Virus record (IMG/VR): IMGVR_UViG_3300046167_000780
Direction: 5' to 3' (one strand)
Origin: an uncultured virus (IMG/VR IMGVR_UViG_3300046167_000780)
Lineage: Duplodnaviria; Heunggongvirae; Uroviricota; Caudoviricetes; Demerecviridae
Length of the DNA: 64,000 nt
Positions 37,301 through 45,400 of the stretch are shown one piece after another (the stretch's first letter is position 1; the number at the start of each line of letters is the position of its first letter). A model generated the notes under the pieces. It saw only the letters and a list, made by a program, of their open reading frames with translations, was not told the DNA's origin and ran no database searches. Position numbers and translations under genes: made by a program.

Positions 37301-39689
37301 CACTGATGCCGTAACAGAAGGCACCCCTACTATTGTTTGGTATAAAGAAGGAGACTCGGGCGCGGGTAAAACTACAACTGAACCTTCTGGGTTAACACAG
37401 TTTTCTGACTATACTCCTTGGCACCCAAATAATGATGGCGCGTCCTCAGGGTTAAATGCAGATACTCTTCATGGCGCGGCTCCCTCAATGGTTGCAGGGA
37501 ATAGCACTATTGTTCAACGAAATGCAAGCGGCTACGTTTTTGCAAACTACTTTAATACTACGGCTGACGATGTTAGTAGTGGTGTGACAAAAATAATGGT
37601 TGAAACCGGAAACGATAATTATATTCGTCACGGAGACGCTAGCGCTGTACGAGGCTTTATAAATGTAGCTAACGGCGCTGATGTTACTCCTTCGTGGGTT
37701 CCTTCTAGTAACCCAAGCTATGTATCAAGCTTAGGTGATTTAAGCATTACCTCTACAGCCGCAGAAATTAATAAGCTCGATGGATTTACAGGAGTAACAG
37801 CCGATTTAAATTACGCAAAAGATTTACGGGCTACCGGGGTTACTTCAACTGAGTTTGATTACTTAGACGGTGTTTCAGACAATATTCAAACTCAGTTAAA
37901 CGGTAAACAGGCTTCAGGTAGTTACATAACAAGTCTAGGTGACTTAAATATTACGTCGACAGCTACAGAAATTAATAAGCTGGATGGGTTCACAGGAGTA
38001 ACAGCAGATCTAAACTATGCAAAAGATCTGCGAGCGACTGGAGTTACTTCAACTGAGTTTGACTACTTAGACGGGGTAACAAGCAGTATTCAAACCCAGC
38101 TGAACGGTAAGCAAGCTTCTCTCGGGTTTACTCCCTATAACTCCACTAATCCCTCTGGATTTATCACAAACTCTACTGCTTCTTTAGCAGCTTCAAAAAT
38201 TACTAGTGGTACTTTTAACATAGCTCGTATACCTAGCCTTTCTAGCAGACACCCCGACCTTATAAACACACAAGACGATATTACTTCTCGAACTGAATCA
38301 GGATTTTATCAAACCAGCAGCGCAACCACGGGAGAAGGATGGCCAGAAACTAGTAATAGTTACTACCATATGTTAAGTAATACGCATAGTAATACTGATA
38401 ATTACTATGCGATGCAGCTTGCGGCGGATTACTATCAACAGCAGTTCTGGTTTAGATCTACAAACGGAAGTGGAACTACAGGGTGGAATCAGGTATTTCA
38501 TGATGCTTATCACCCAAATGCGGACAAGTGGACCACACCAAGAACACTTACATTAACAGGCGCAGTTACGGGTTCTGTAAATTGGGACGGGTCTGGAAAT
38601 GCTAGTCTTGCAACTACTGCTACTTCTGACCCTACCCTAACTCTTACCGGAGATGCTTCAGGATCTGCTACTTTCACTAACTTAGGAAATGCAAGTTTAT
38701 CAGTAACAGTAGCGAATGACAGTCACAACCATACAAAATTATTTGAGAATTCAACAATAACTTTTGGAGCTAGTCAGCTACAGTGGATGGATCAAAACGG
38801 TGCTGGAGGTAACGGCTTAAATGGAAACGCGCCACGAAATCCCACAACTGGCTGGTACCACAACCTAATACTGAACCACGGAAACAGTAGTGGTTATTAT
38901 AGTCAATTATCCTTAGGGCTCAATACAGATGATTTCTACTTTAGTAAAGTTAAACAGGGCACGGCTAACGATTTCCAAAGAGTCTTTATGGATAACTACC
39001 ATCCAAATGCTGATACTTTAACAACTGCTAGAAATATTGGAGTTACTCTTTCCGGTGACGTTACCGGAACAGGGTCTGCCAGCTTTAACGGCTCTGCAGC
39101 TATTGATATTGCTATTACTACAAGCAGCAATGCAACAGGCGGAGTAACTTTAGATACTACTCAAACCATATCAGGCACAAAAACTTTTAGTGCTACAAAA
39201 AACTATTTTCAAAATAGCCTACAAGTAGGATCAAGTGCTACAAACTATAGTGGAAATACTTTTACTGTAACGGATGGTACTCAGGGTTTTGAAGTTAATC
39301 CTAATAGTAGTAGTATTGTTAAGATGAATGCTTACGCTCGAAGTAACTCTACTTTCAAAGAGTTAATGATTAAAGCTTCGAGTTTAACATTTGCACCTAA
39401 TGGAGTAGAAGCAAATAAAGTAGACGTTGTAACTGTAGCTTCGGGTACTACGCAAACTGGAACTCTTATTGCTGATATTGTACAAGCTAACTTGATTCAA
39501 GCAGATATGATTCAAGCTAATGCTATTACTGCGGATAAAATAGCGGCAAATTCTATTACTGCTCAACAACTTCAGGTTGCTACAGAAAGCGGAGCAGGCA
39601 TACATATGGAATTAGTAAGCGGCAAGGGTGTAATTCGAATTAGCGATGGTACAAATGATCGAGTTAAAATTGGATACCTCGGTACGTAA
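28371..39689 (+). CDS. Giant baseplate hub (pb3-like) fused to central fibre, 3772 aa
   Basis: LTSHWGDF, IPLVYGVQ, TNPAMQVLDYL...YGKG hub motifs, FNIII-like domain, long repeat-rich fibre, C-terminal RVKIGYL. Confidence 0.85.
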   Translation: MALRNISPQIKNALADNDSLLVYHLVKFEKPSQLAREAQKVTDYVYLTDAPYEVKYDPEHDENHADYNPQTYTPGGLLKVGKVPENTEAKATSLSLTLSAAKLGKQASAISVTNSAISSDAQGVLTVDFDLFKAGFYAGDIVKFTKRSDSSVSFRARIDSLYGEGTKVKVTNLEDTTIVANSSISFDIRFDSSEVDALVAGGVDNSGSETVFSSVSFDNYINRSVTIYRVFADPTDGTRIGTPVVLFKGIIAKGTLNEKAQGTATVTWSLTSHWGDFVRVSGRITSDEFHRGVDSSGISNEDSALRPEYIHDLGFMHADSSLNVLATYTDLASRYKQVKRGGLAGLMGMKKLKEEKYEVTREMDLSLNLDAKYIPLVYGVQKVDSIPVFADVVITQDANSADNVTNGKTELFQAQVLCEGPIGGVYDIYMQDKSLVCRDKADSDVRLGSADDIPCFGRMDRGDVLTGSNLFTNTPMSEILYGSTEDLENTDIWRHDPNVVMQLPRLYGPNVNFQNSTTGKNGILHGQSFRATLANDIQITVHAGREDQEANQTLLGLANSVDFLVQQQYYQDDASTYWTANHKLLDTAYVVTRDSITAEDGKAPDLSFVVRGKFIDCHNYDGSYRISNGLHTNFALGDTVSITLADGTSSGGTARIVDKWSFLNALNLTEYRIRLGEFSSATTEASVVTNGDVGKFSITKDSNTVTFLSPEYSNNPNAPVSPTAELAAGGFVFTGSNFTNKSVPIERKITNVTTYEPIYVNTADGPEMIGNQAVIRQNYRYTLDFSSLPTFTKDVLKVAGETFALVDLTLTANSYTTTITVKTADIDASTMEYIVTGIAGEMEAIFGTPSNAAGTTTVTATGCNFVNRSLITQNASDSLDPTDTEGITIELTEEDVVPHDYSIRMPSTTVLRTFCNTNNILCLNRGIHTRFTIGNVKYKYGVQGSHLDIEQWGDFRVSTNPAMQVLDYLTNDRYGKGLKLGEDLDTTSFREVARSCDTRSDVTLMFPSTVSISDTESYRYPATGALLWEGKVSNVKSITYNGTGYKEVTFTNCIGKLGRKWNNWYGYSTNELVWTKRGNWKIAASTGVMTDEPTSASTDTINLRKLGSNPAVDIAIDTALATNIGNPFVKKVENGNVISGYSLYDSDDVKYWKYVGWDTPDQRFVTRHQTNMTIDTSQSLFDNVNSILRQFNGILRFANGTYFLDQKVKAKPISDFTSDEIITEDFIVGDIKITDKGIQKTFNSVNAQIIDPANNFEARSIAFYNSNYKKQDKGVPRQGSYEAPGISNYFNARMNIKQVLDESRAGLDISFTMAPRGYMLLAGNVIAITYDKFNWTKKLFRIESLNTRDDLLVDVVAKEHNDNAYVIEAPASDLVASYAQESGGKPIVKVRVPTSLTATDNGGGGVQLSWTNANNYNDATHTVEIWRSNTTSISNSFLIGTTKGTKYTDQILETGAQTRYYWIRYSIRSVNSIGNPITLHSKYEPRANTTGVGGDAISITTDELNTGVIVTDGGITFPDSPTGTPTINAGITSIGGGSSGFFLGYDGTNHVFQVGDPSGNNLSFDGTDLRLTGSEFSVTSSGSAAPSISGTTIAGKGSLLKADGDVLFGDSAGHHIFFDQSEGTITLGGDVVTENITAGTITTDKLAANSITANKIAANSITTNTLAANVITAKHIEASSIVASLLTAATIQSNHIKANSVVSSLIDAETITSNHIKSNSIVSTIIDATTINASDITTSTLSALTANMGDITAGTLKGGTIPDDIFTRTSNQNTPTGSESGAFMDLTDGKMLFGNTNKNIVFDGSNLVLSGVVIDANSVVNASATPELIVQEDGSNKLTTADTLNFTTGIDVSVSGTTATISADSSALDHDSLVGFVANEHIDHSGVTLTAGNGLTGGGDITASRSFAVGAGTGISVAANSISTNDSAIVHDNLSGFVANEHIDHSTISLTAGDGLTGGGDITGDRSFAVDATVVRTSAAQTIAGVKTFSNGIVASGGISGLTLTSGISGSNYNITGVNELQINDPGEGIKFTAGSSGNMVLAIVDDASDNILRYSGTNAVFDVQGNITLSGTVDGRDLAADGGRLDGMADNANNYSLPTATASALGGVKIGSGININSGVISAVTQSDENFTTNLKDKLVAVDNNANNYTLPTASSSVLGGVKIGAGINIDVNGAITASTQSEENFTTALKDKLVAVDDNANNYSLPAATSTVLGGVKDGARVTIDVNGVLSADVQTANDFTTAFKNKLIAIDENANNYSLPTASTTVLGGVKIGSGISISSGAISADTQSDENFTTNLKDKLVAVEANATADQSASEIRTLLGTATSSTSGLVKIGYTENNKNYPVELSSGQMFVNVPWTDNNTTYTAGSGLSLSGSNQFSVDSTVVRTSGAQTIAGNKTFSNNVTVTGNFTVNGTTTTINTATLTVEDNIIVVNSGQTGTPGTSVTAGLEVERGDSDNVRLVYAETGLGPNSDLAGWNFGNTNVTADTFYGDFIGDIVGSPSSFGTLTTDDLIEGDNNLYYLDSRVRAAISGASGGGISFTSSNGEIAVDSTVVRTSGAQTIGGAKTLTSNLTVGTGTDSTYILFPDKDVLDNPTAVGDKRKLIAMGNGGSGGLWQTTGRGGLMLASADDSLILASGDVGRSYDPDAGGYHPNPDNEEIYLLTDGSVRFMTNLQSASAYKQFIFDNSGNATIPNNIVVGGTVDGRDLATDGSRLDGMADNATNTAAPAITTDGSTPSLASGITAAEVRTAIGAGTSSLTLGTTSTTALRGDTAIPTVYNPAITLSAGNSGITMDSDNSFTLNQSGAETITISHADTSSQESVDNSSGTVIQDITLDTFGHITGINSVSLDGRYFTETESDARYLRKDSYNSNWTRLGYGTSGVAYWHKLARVTINGAYKDYQLRCDWTDRYNHGTLNIHIHSDNDSTADVWDAYIQQFGETNQKALSDFKYYKSGSIVDVWIRTAGWREWDYIRTDAVTEGTPTIVWYKEGDSGAGKTTTEPSGLTQFSDYTPWHPNNDGASSGLNADTLHGAAPSMVAGNSTIVQRNASGYVFANYFNTTADDVSSGVTKIMVETGNDNYIRHGDASAVRGFINVANGADVTPSWVPSSNPSYVSSLGDLSITSTAAEINKLDGFTGVTADLNYAKDLRATGVTSTEFDYLDGVSDNIQTQLNGKQASGSYITSLGDLNITSTATEINKLDGFTGVTADLNYAKDLRATGVTSTEFDYLDGVTSSIQTQLNGKQASLGFTPYNSTNPSGFITNSTASLAASKITSGTFNIARIPSLSSRHPDLINTQDDITSRTESGFYQTSSATTGEGWPETSNSYYHMLSNTHSNTDNYYAMQLAADYYQQQFWFRSTNGSGTTGWNQVFHDAYHPNADKWTTPRTLTLTGAVTGSVNWDGSGNASLATTATSDPTLTLTGDASGSATFTNLGNASLSVTVANDSHNHTKLFENSTITFGASQLQWMDQNGAGGNGLNGNAPRNPTTGWYHNLILNHGNSSGYYSQLSLGLNTDDFYFSKVKQGTANDFQRVFMDNYHPNADTLTTARNIGVTLSGDVTGTGSASFNGSAAIDIAITTSSNATGGVTLDTTQTISGTKTFSATKNYFQNSLQVGSSATNYSGNTFTVTDGTQGFEVNPNSSSIVKMNAYARSNSTFKELMIKASSLTFAPNGVEANKVDVVTVASGTTQTGTLIADIVQANLIQADMIQANAITADKIAANSITAQQLQVATESGAGIHMELVSGKGVIRISDGTNDRVKIGYLGT
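34640..35300 (+). repeat. Four tandem NANNYxLPxAxxxxLGGVK repeats
   Basis: Seen in translation; GAAAACTTTACTACAAACTTAAAGGATAAGCTAGTAGCTGTAGA identical at 34758 and 35250. Confidence 0.9.
37720..38120 (+). repeat. Two tandem ~67-aa repeats (EINKLDGFTGVTADLNYAKDLRATGVTSTEFDYLDGV)
   Basis: Near-identical protein, many synonymous DNA differences. Confidence 0.9.
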
Positions 39690-39708
39690 TACCTCCAAAA
39701 AATAAATC

Positions 39709-39737
39709 TTGACATAATATGTCCTGTGGGCTATAAT
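39709..39737 (+). promoter_or_regulatory. Perfect sigma70 promoter for side-fibre operon
   Basis: TTGACA 39709-39714, N17, TATAAT 39732-39737. Confidence 0.9.
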
Positions 39738-39758
39738 TCCACAATAGGAGAAAAATAA

Positions 39759-40100
39759 ATGGCCGCAGCTAACTATGACCTGACAATTGACCAAGGAACG
39801 ACTTTTGCGATTGACATAACAATCAACGAGGCCGGATCTATCAAAGACTTGAGTGGCTACTCTGCCAGGGCTCAAATGCGGTCAACTAAAACAGCTACGA
39901 GTGTTGCGGCTTCCTTTACTTGTACAGTACTTAGTCCTGCTACACAAGGTAAAGTAAAAATGGAATTAGCTCCAGCTACAACTTCTGGTATGACGGCAGG
40001 AGTTTATTTCTATGACTTAGAAATTTTTACAAGCGGGGATAATATAGTAAAACGCCTTATTGAAGGAAAGGTAACTCTAAATCAAGAAGTCACGAGATAA
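39759..40100 (+). CDS. Collar/fibre-attachment protein (BppU/p132-like Ig fold)
   Basis: YDLTIDQGTTF, DLSGYSARAQMR, GVYFYDLEI, RLIEGKV. Confidence 0.75.
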   Translation: MAAANYDLTIDQGTTFAIDITINEAGSIKDLSGYSARAQMRSTKTATSVAASFTCTVLSPATQGKVKMELAPATTSGMTAGVYFYDLEIFTSGDNIVKRLIEGKVTLNQEVTR

Positions 40101-40103
40101 GGA

Positions 40104-40517
40104 ATGTCAGATACCACTACCGTACAAATAGTTGAAGAGGTAACACAGCTATCTGTGTCAAATGCCAACGATATATCTGTTACTTTATCTGACGACTCTA
40201 CCACTCTTACCGTAAACAACTTTGCACTACCTACAGCATATGTTGACGCTGTAGATGTTACTTTCGATGCTCACGGCACAGTTACAGCAAATAATGTACG
40301 AGATGCAATACAGCAACTCGCAGATCAACAATTTCGGGGCACCACAGCCCCCACATCAGATACCGCAAATTTAGAAGAGGGAGATCTCTTTTATGATACT
40401 GATGACAATCAAATAAAAGTATACCGCGAAACTAGTTCAGGAGTTTTTGAGTTTGTGCCTATAATAGTAGGTGACGCTTCAGGTGATTCAGATACGCTAG
40501 ACGCAGGAGCCTTTTAA
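40104..40517 (+). CDS. Fibre adaptor-like virion protein
   Basis: NVRDAIQQL, AP...EGDLFYDTD, ends LDAGAF. Confidence 0.65.
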   Translation: MSDTTTVQIVEEVTQLSVSNANDISVTLSDDSTTLTVNNFALPTAYVDAVDVTFDAHGTVTANNVRDAIQQLADQQFRGTTAPTSDTANLEEGDLFYDTDDNQIKVYRETSSGVFEFVPIIVGDASGDSDTLDAGAF

Positions 40518-40536
40518 GGCTAATTCGGAGTTTTAA

Positions 40537-42435
40537 ATGGCTCAAACAATCAAAATCAAACGCAGTACAACCACTGCAGTCCCGTCCAGCCTTACCGCCG
40601 GTGAATTAGCGTATTCGGATAATAGTGATAAGCTATTTATTGGTGCTCCCGCAGACAGTGCGGTTGTAGCAATTGGTGGTAAAGTTTATGTCGATATGCT
40701 CGACCACACCGCCGGTACTCTTACCGCATCGAGCGCAATTGTAGTAGATGCGAACAGTAAGATTGATAAACTACTTACTGGCAATATTCGTATTAATAAT
40801 GCTGCAAATCAAATTGATACAACATCGGGAGGATTAATTCTTGATCCTACCGGAGACTTAATTGTAAAAACAGGTACAATTGATCTTAGCAATCAAGCGA
40901 CAGAATTTAAACTTCTTGACAACTCTGCAACTGCAGGCACTTTTGCTACTGCTGACCACACTTATATTACTTTTGACACTACAAACTCAGCAGAACTTAT
41001 TAAAATTGGTCGTCAATTAGAGATAAACGGTGCTTATACGCTTCCTATGTCTGCCGGTACAAGTGGTCAGGCACTTGTTACAGATGGTTCTGGTACTGTA
41101 ACCTTCCAAGACGTTGCCGCAACTCTTACTGTAGATAGCGATTCGGCTACTGCTGATGTTGCTCTTCTTACTGATGACTTACGAATTATTGGGGGAGAAG
41201 GTCTTAACACTGTGGTTGCTAAGTCTGGCACAGATGTTACTCTTACAATTAGAGGAGAAGATGCAACAAATGCTACCACTTCAGGCGCAGCAAACAAAGG
41301 TATTGCGAGCTTTGACAGCGTAAACTTTGCTGTAACTTCTGGATTTGTAGAATCAAAACCTATTACTCTTACAGCAGACGATAGTAATACTCTCGATAAA
41401 GCAGCAGGTGAAGGTCTCACTGTAGAAGGCGGAATAGGTATTGCATCAAAGATTTCTAGTGGGAAACTTGTATTGGATGGAACCAATGCAACTTCTTCAA
41501 GCAGAGGTGTTGCAAGTTTTGACTCTACCGACTTCACTGTATCTTCTGGAGCAGTTAGTGCAAATGCAATCACACTTGGTAGTTCTAGCCTAAATCTTGG
41601 TGAAACTACTACTGCTATTGCAGGACTTACTCAACTTGATGTAGATAATATTCGAATTGACGGAAATACTATTCGTTCGACAAATACAAATGGCAATATC
41701 TCACTTAATCCAAATGGTTCAGGAGTAGTAGATGTAAACAACTCTCGTATTTCAAGTGTTGCAGACCCGACTCAAGCACAAGATGCTGCTACCAAAGCCT
41801 ATGTTGACGCTGTAAAACAAGCACTTGATATCAAAGATTCAGTACGAGTTGCTACAACTGCTGCAATTACAATTGCTTCAGATCTAGGAGTAGGTGACGC
41901 AATTGATGGAGTTACTCTTGCAGATGGCGACCGTGTACTTGTAAAGAATCAAACAGACGCAAGCCAAAACGGTATTTATCTAGCAGGATCTTCTCCTGTT
42001 CGTTCCGCAGATGCGAATGCTTCTTTGGAAGTTACTTCAGGTATGTTCTGCTTTGTTGAAGAAGGTACTGTAAACGGCGATAATGGTTTTGTACTTACAA
42101 CAAACGATCCAATCACTCTTGACACCACCGACCTTACCTTTACTCAATTCAACGGTGCGGGTCAAATTATTGCAGGCGATGCTCTCAGCAAGTCAGGCAA
42201 TACTCTCAATGTAAATGATGATAATATTACTCTTGAGGTCGCTTCAGATAATTTACGAATCAAAGGCATTACTACTACAGCAGTCGGCGACTTACTTATC
42301 GGTGCAGCTACAAATGGCGGCTACACACGACTCGTCAAGCCTTCTGGTAATGCTACTGCTCATGATTATATTCTTTCTATGAATACGAGCGGAGCAGCTC
42401 AGTGGTCTAACACACTCGACGGCGGATCATTCTAA
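40537..42435 (+). CDS. Tail fibre protein (632 aa)
   Basis: IKIKRS...LTAGELAY N-terminus, DAATKAYVD, GDRVLVKNQT..SQNGIY domain, ends LDGGSF. Confidence 0.85.
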   Translation: MAQTIKIKRSTTTAVPSSLTAGELAYSDNSDKLFIGAPADSAVVAIGGKVYVDMLDHTAGTLTASSAIVVDANSKIDKLLTGNIRINNAANQIDTTSGGLILDPTGDLIVKTGTIDLSNQATEFKLLDNSATAGTFATADHTYITFDTTNSAELIKIGRQLEINGAYTLPMSAGTSGQALVTDGSGTVTFQDVAATLTVDSDSATADVALLTDDLRIIGGEGLNTVVAKSGTDVTLTIRGEDATNATTSGAANKGIASFDSVNFAVTSGFVESKPITLTADDSNTLDKAAGEGLTVEGGIGIASKISSGKLVLDGTNATSSSRGVASFDSTDFTVSSGAVSANAITLGSSSLNLGETTTAIAGLTQLDVDNIRIDGNTIRSTNTNGNISLNPNGSGVVDVNNSRISSVADPTQAQDAATKAYVDAVKQALDIKDSVRVATTAAITIASDLGVGDAIDGVTLADGDRVLVKNQTDASQNGIYLAGSSPVRSADANASLEVTSGMFCFVEEGTVNGDNGFVLTTNDPITLDTTDLTFTQFNGAGQIIAGDALSKSGNTLNVNDDNITLEVASDNLRIKGITTTAVGDLLIGAATNGGYTRLVKPSGNATAHDYILSMNTSGAAQWSNTLDGGSF

Positions 42436-42482
42436 AAAATACTCACCTCTCGCGTAAATACGCATAGTTATGGAGGAGCCAC

Positions 42483-45400
42483 ATGGCGCAAACGATTAAA
42501 CTCAAGCGTTCTGGAACTCAGAACGCTGTCCCTAGCACGTCTCAACTCGCACTCGGCGAAGTAGCTCTTAACACTTATGATGGCAAAATGTACATCAAGA
42601 AAAGTGTGGGCGGTACAGAATCCATTGTAGAAATTGGAGGAGACGCAACTTCTAGTTCAGGACTTGATTTCACCGGAAACTTAAATCTGGCGGATAACGT
42701 GCGCATCGTAATTGGAGACGGAAATGATCTTCAAATCTACCATGATGGTTCTGATAGCATAATAAACGAAAATGGAACCGGAGACTTAAAAGTCTTTTCT
42801 AGCAGATTTAGAGTAATCTCTCCTGCTGGAGAAGAAATGATACGCGCCACTGCGGATGGAGCAGTGGATCTTTACCACAATAATTCAGCAAAATTTGCTA
42901 CTACTTCCGCAGGCGCTCAAATTACAGGAAAACTATTCGTATCTGATACTTCAAATGGTTTAGAGATAGGTGCGAGTAAAGCACGATTCAAAGTAAACGG
43001 TGATGATACTGTAATTGATGCAATTCCTACCGGAGGGGGCATAAACTTTAGAACAGGCGGTGCTGTACAGGCAGTAAAAATTGACTCTGATGGTCGCCTT
43101 CTTGTAAATACTACTTCTTCGATTGATAACTTTGCAAAAATACAAGTTGTGGGCGACAGCAGCTCTCTTGCTAGAATTACTCTGCAAGATGTAGATGGAA
43201 CAAATCAAAAAACCTACTTTGAGCAATCTGGCGGTGGCACTCGAATCAATACTCAGAATGGTACTTCCAATGGTTTCTTTACTATCGGGGCATGGGATGG
43301 CACTACAAGCAGTGACTTTCTTCGTGTTACAGCAGATGGTCGCGTAGGTATTGGTACTACATCTCCTTCTAGAATATTTCATGTAGAAGGTGCAAATGTG
43401 GGCATTGCGACTTCATATGGAGTTGCCGTAATTGAAGCTGTTGATTCCCAGCTAGATCTTATAAGTAACTCGTCAGGAACTTGGGGATCTGCGATTAATT
43501 TAGTTGAGGGCGTAGGAACCAGTAATACTGATGTGTGGTCGATCGCACGACAAACAACAGGAGGGAGTGGTAACTCTAGCTTACGTTTTAACTTTGGTAC
43601 TACAAATCAGCACACAAACCCTAATAAAGTTACGTTCACTGGAGACGGTAAAGTTGGTATCGGTACTGATTCTCCCCTAGCAACATTAGATGTGAGAGGG
43701 GATATAGAACTAAACTCTACTTACCCTGTAATAAGATTCAAAGATAGCGATAGTGAAAATGATTTTTCTATTATAGGGGGTAGTGGTTTATTTAGAATCT
43801 ACGATGAAGATGCTGCAGCTGCACGAATAGCTATTAACAGTTCTGGCAACGTTGGTATTGGTACTACATCTCCCTCAAAACCCCTCCACGTAGTAGGAGC
43901 CGCTCGAGTAACAGGCGATTTTCAGGTCGAAGGCGGCGATATTGAATTTAATCAAAGCAGTGGACAAGCACGTATAAGAAATCTTCTTCAAGATACGTAC
44001 ATGAGATTCCAAGTCAATGTTGGAGGCACACAAACAAATGCTATTAACATTCGAGGAAATAACGCATATGTAGGTATAGGCAGCGCCGAAGGCGGTAGCA
44101 GCCCTGTGTACCCTTTAGATGTTTATAATGCGGGTGCGGATACAGTCGCAAGATTTACTTCAGGAGACGATAGAGCACGAATTCAAATTAGTGATGATGA
44201 TACCGAGGTTTTTGTAATTGCTGAAGGCTCTAAGATGAGTTTAGGTGCTGCAAATTCTTTAAGCAGCACAAACTTAACTATTGATGCTAGTGGTAGCTTA
44301 GGTATTGGCACTACATCTCCTGCCGGCAATCTTCATATTAAGTCTCTTAATAATGTAGGAGATGCTACACTAATTATTGAAGCCGATGCTGATAATAATT
44401 TCGAAAACGACAATCCAAGAATCGAATTAAGACAAGATAATAATTTAGTCGGTGGGTACATATACCTAGAGGGTAATGCTGCAACAACTGCAGTCAATAC
44501 TATAGCAAATTCGTTAATTTTAGATGCAAAGGCATCTAGCACTGCAGGATCGCATTCAATACAATTTGCTACTGGAGGACTAGCTCCTAATCAAAGTGGG
44601 GGACCCACAAACAGTTCAGTACGAATGACCATTACAGACGATGGTAAAGTTGGTATCGGCACAACTTCTCCCGGTAGAAAATTAACTGTACAAGGCGCTA
44701 CAGGCGACTAATTTGCCTGTAAGAATTATAGGAGGTTCCGGAACTAGCCATGGCTCTATCGAGTTCCAAGATCCAAATACTACTGCAGACTATAAAGTTA
44801 CATTAGGCTCTAAGGGAGATGACCTATACCTTCAAGCCGGTGGCGGTGAGAAGGCGCGCATTACCTCCGGAGGCCACCTGCTAGTCGGTAAAACCTCTCA
44901 AGATGCCACAAATACTGTAGGTGCTGAGCTTAAAAACACCGGGGAACTAGTTGTAACAACAGATGGAACAGCGGCTGCTTATTTTAATCGCAAAACTTCC
45001 GACGGGACCATTGCAGAGTTCCGCAAGGACAACTCCGCAGTAGGCAGTATTGGTAGTAATCTTGGTCGTTTTTACATTCATAATAATTACGGCTCTGGCT
45101 CTGGATTCCGATTTGATAACGCGGCAATTAGACCTTCTGATAGTTCCGGTGCTAGTGAAGATGCCACTACAGATTTAGGCGCTTCAGCCGCACGCTTCAA
45201 AAACCTTTACCTGTCAGGCCAAGTTAATGCAGGCACAATTTCTTCAGGTGCGATTACAGCAACCACCCTAGACACAGGACAGGGAGCAAACGAGCTCTAC
45301 GCGATGAACCAAAATGTCAGGACTACTGATTCACCAACATTTGGTGGTCTAACCTTAAATGGTGGTGTTGATTTTAATGGGTCTAATATTAACGATATTA

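Noticed and set aside
44707..44713. Stop-codon reassignment or readthrough
   Set aside because: The break changes frame, and TAA/TAG/TGA all end genes normally elsewhere.
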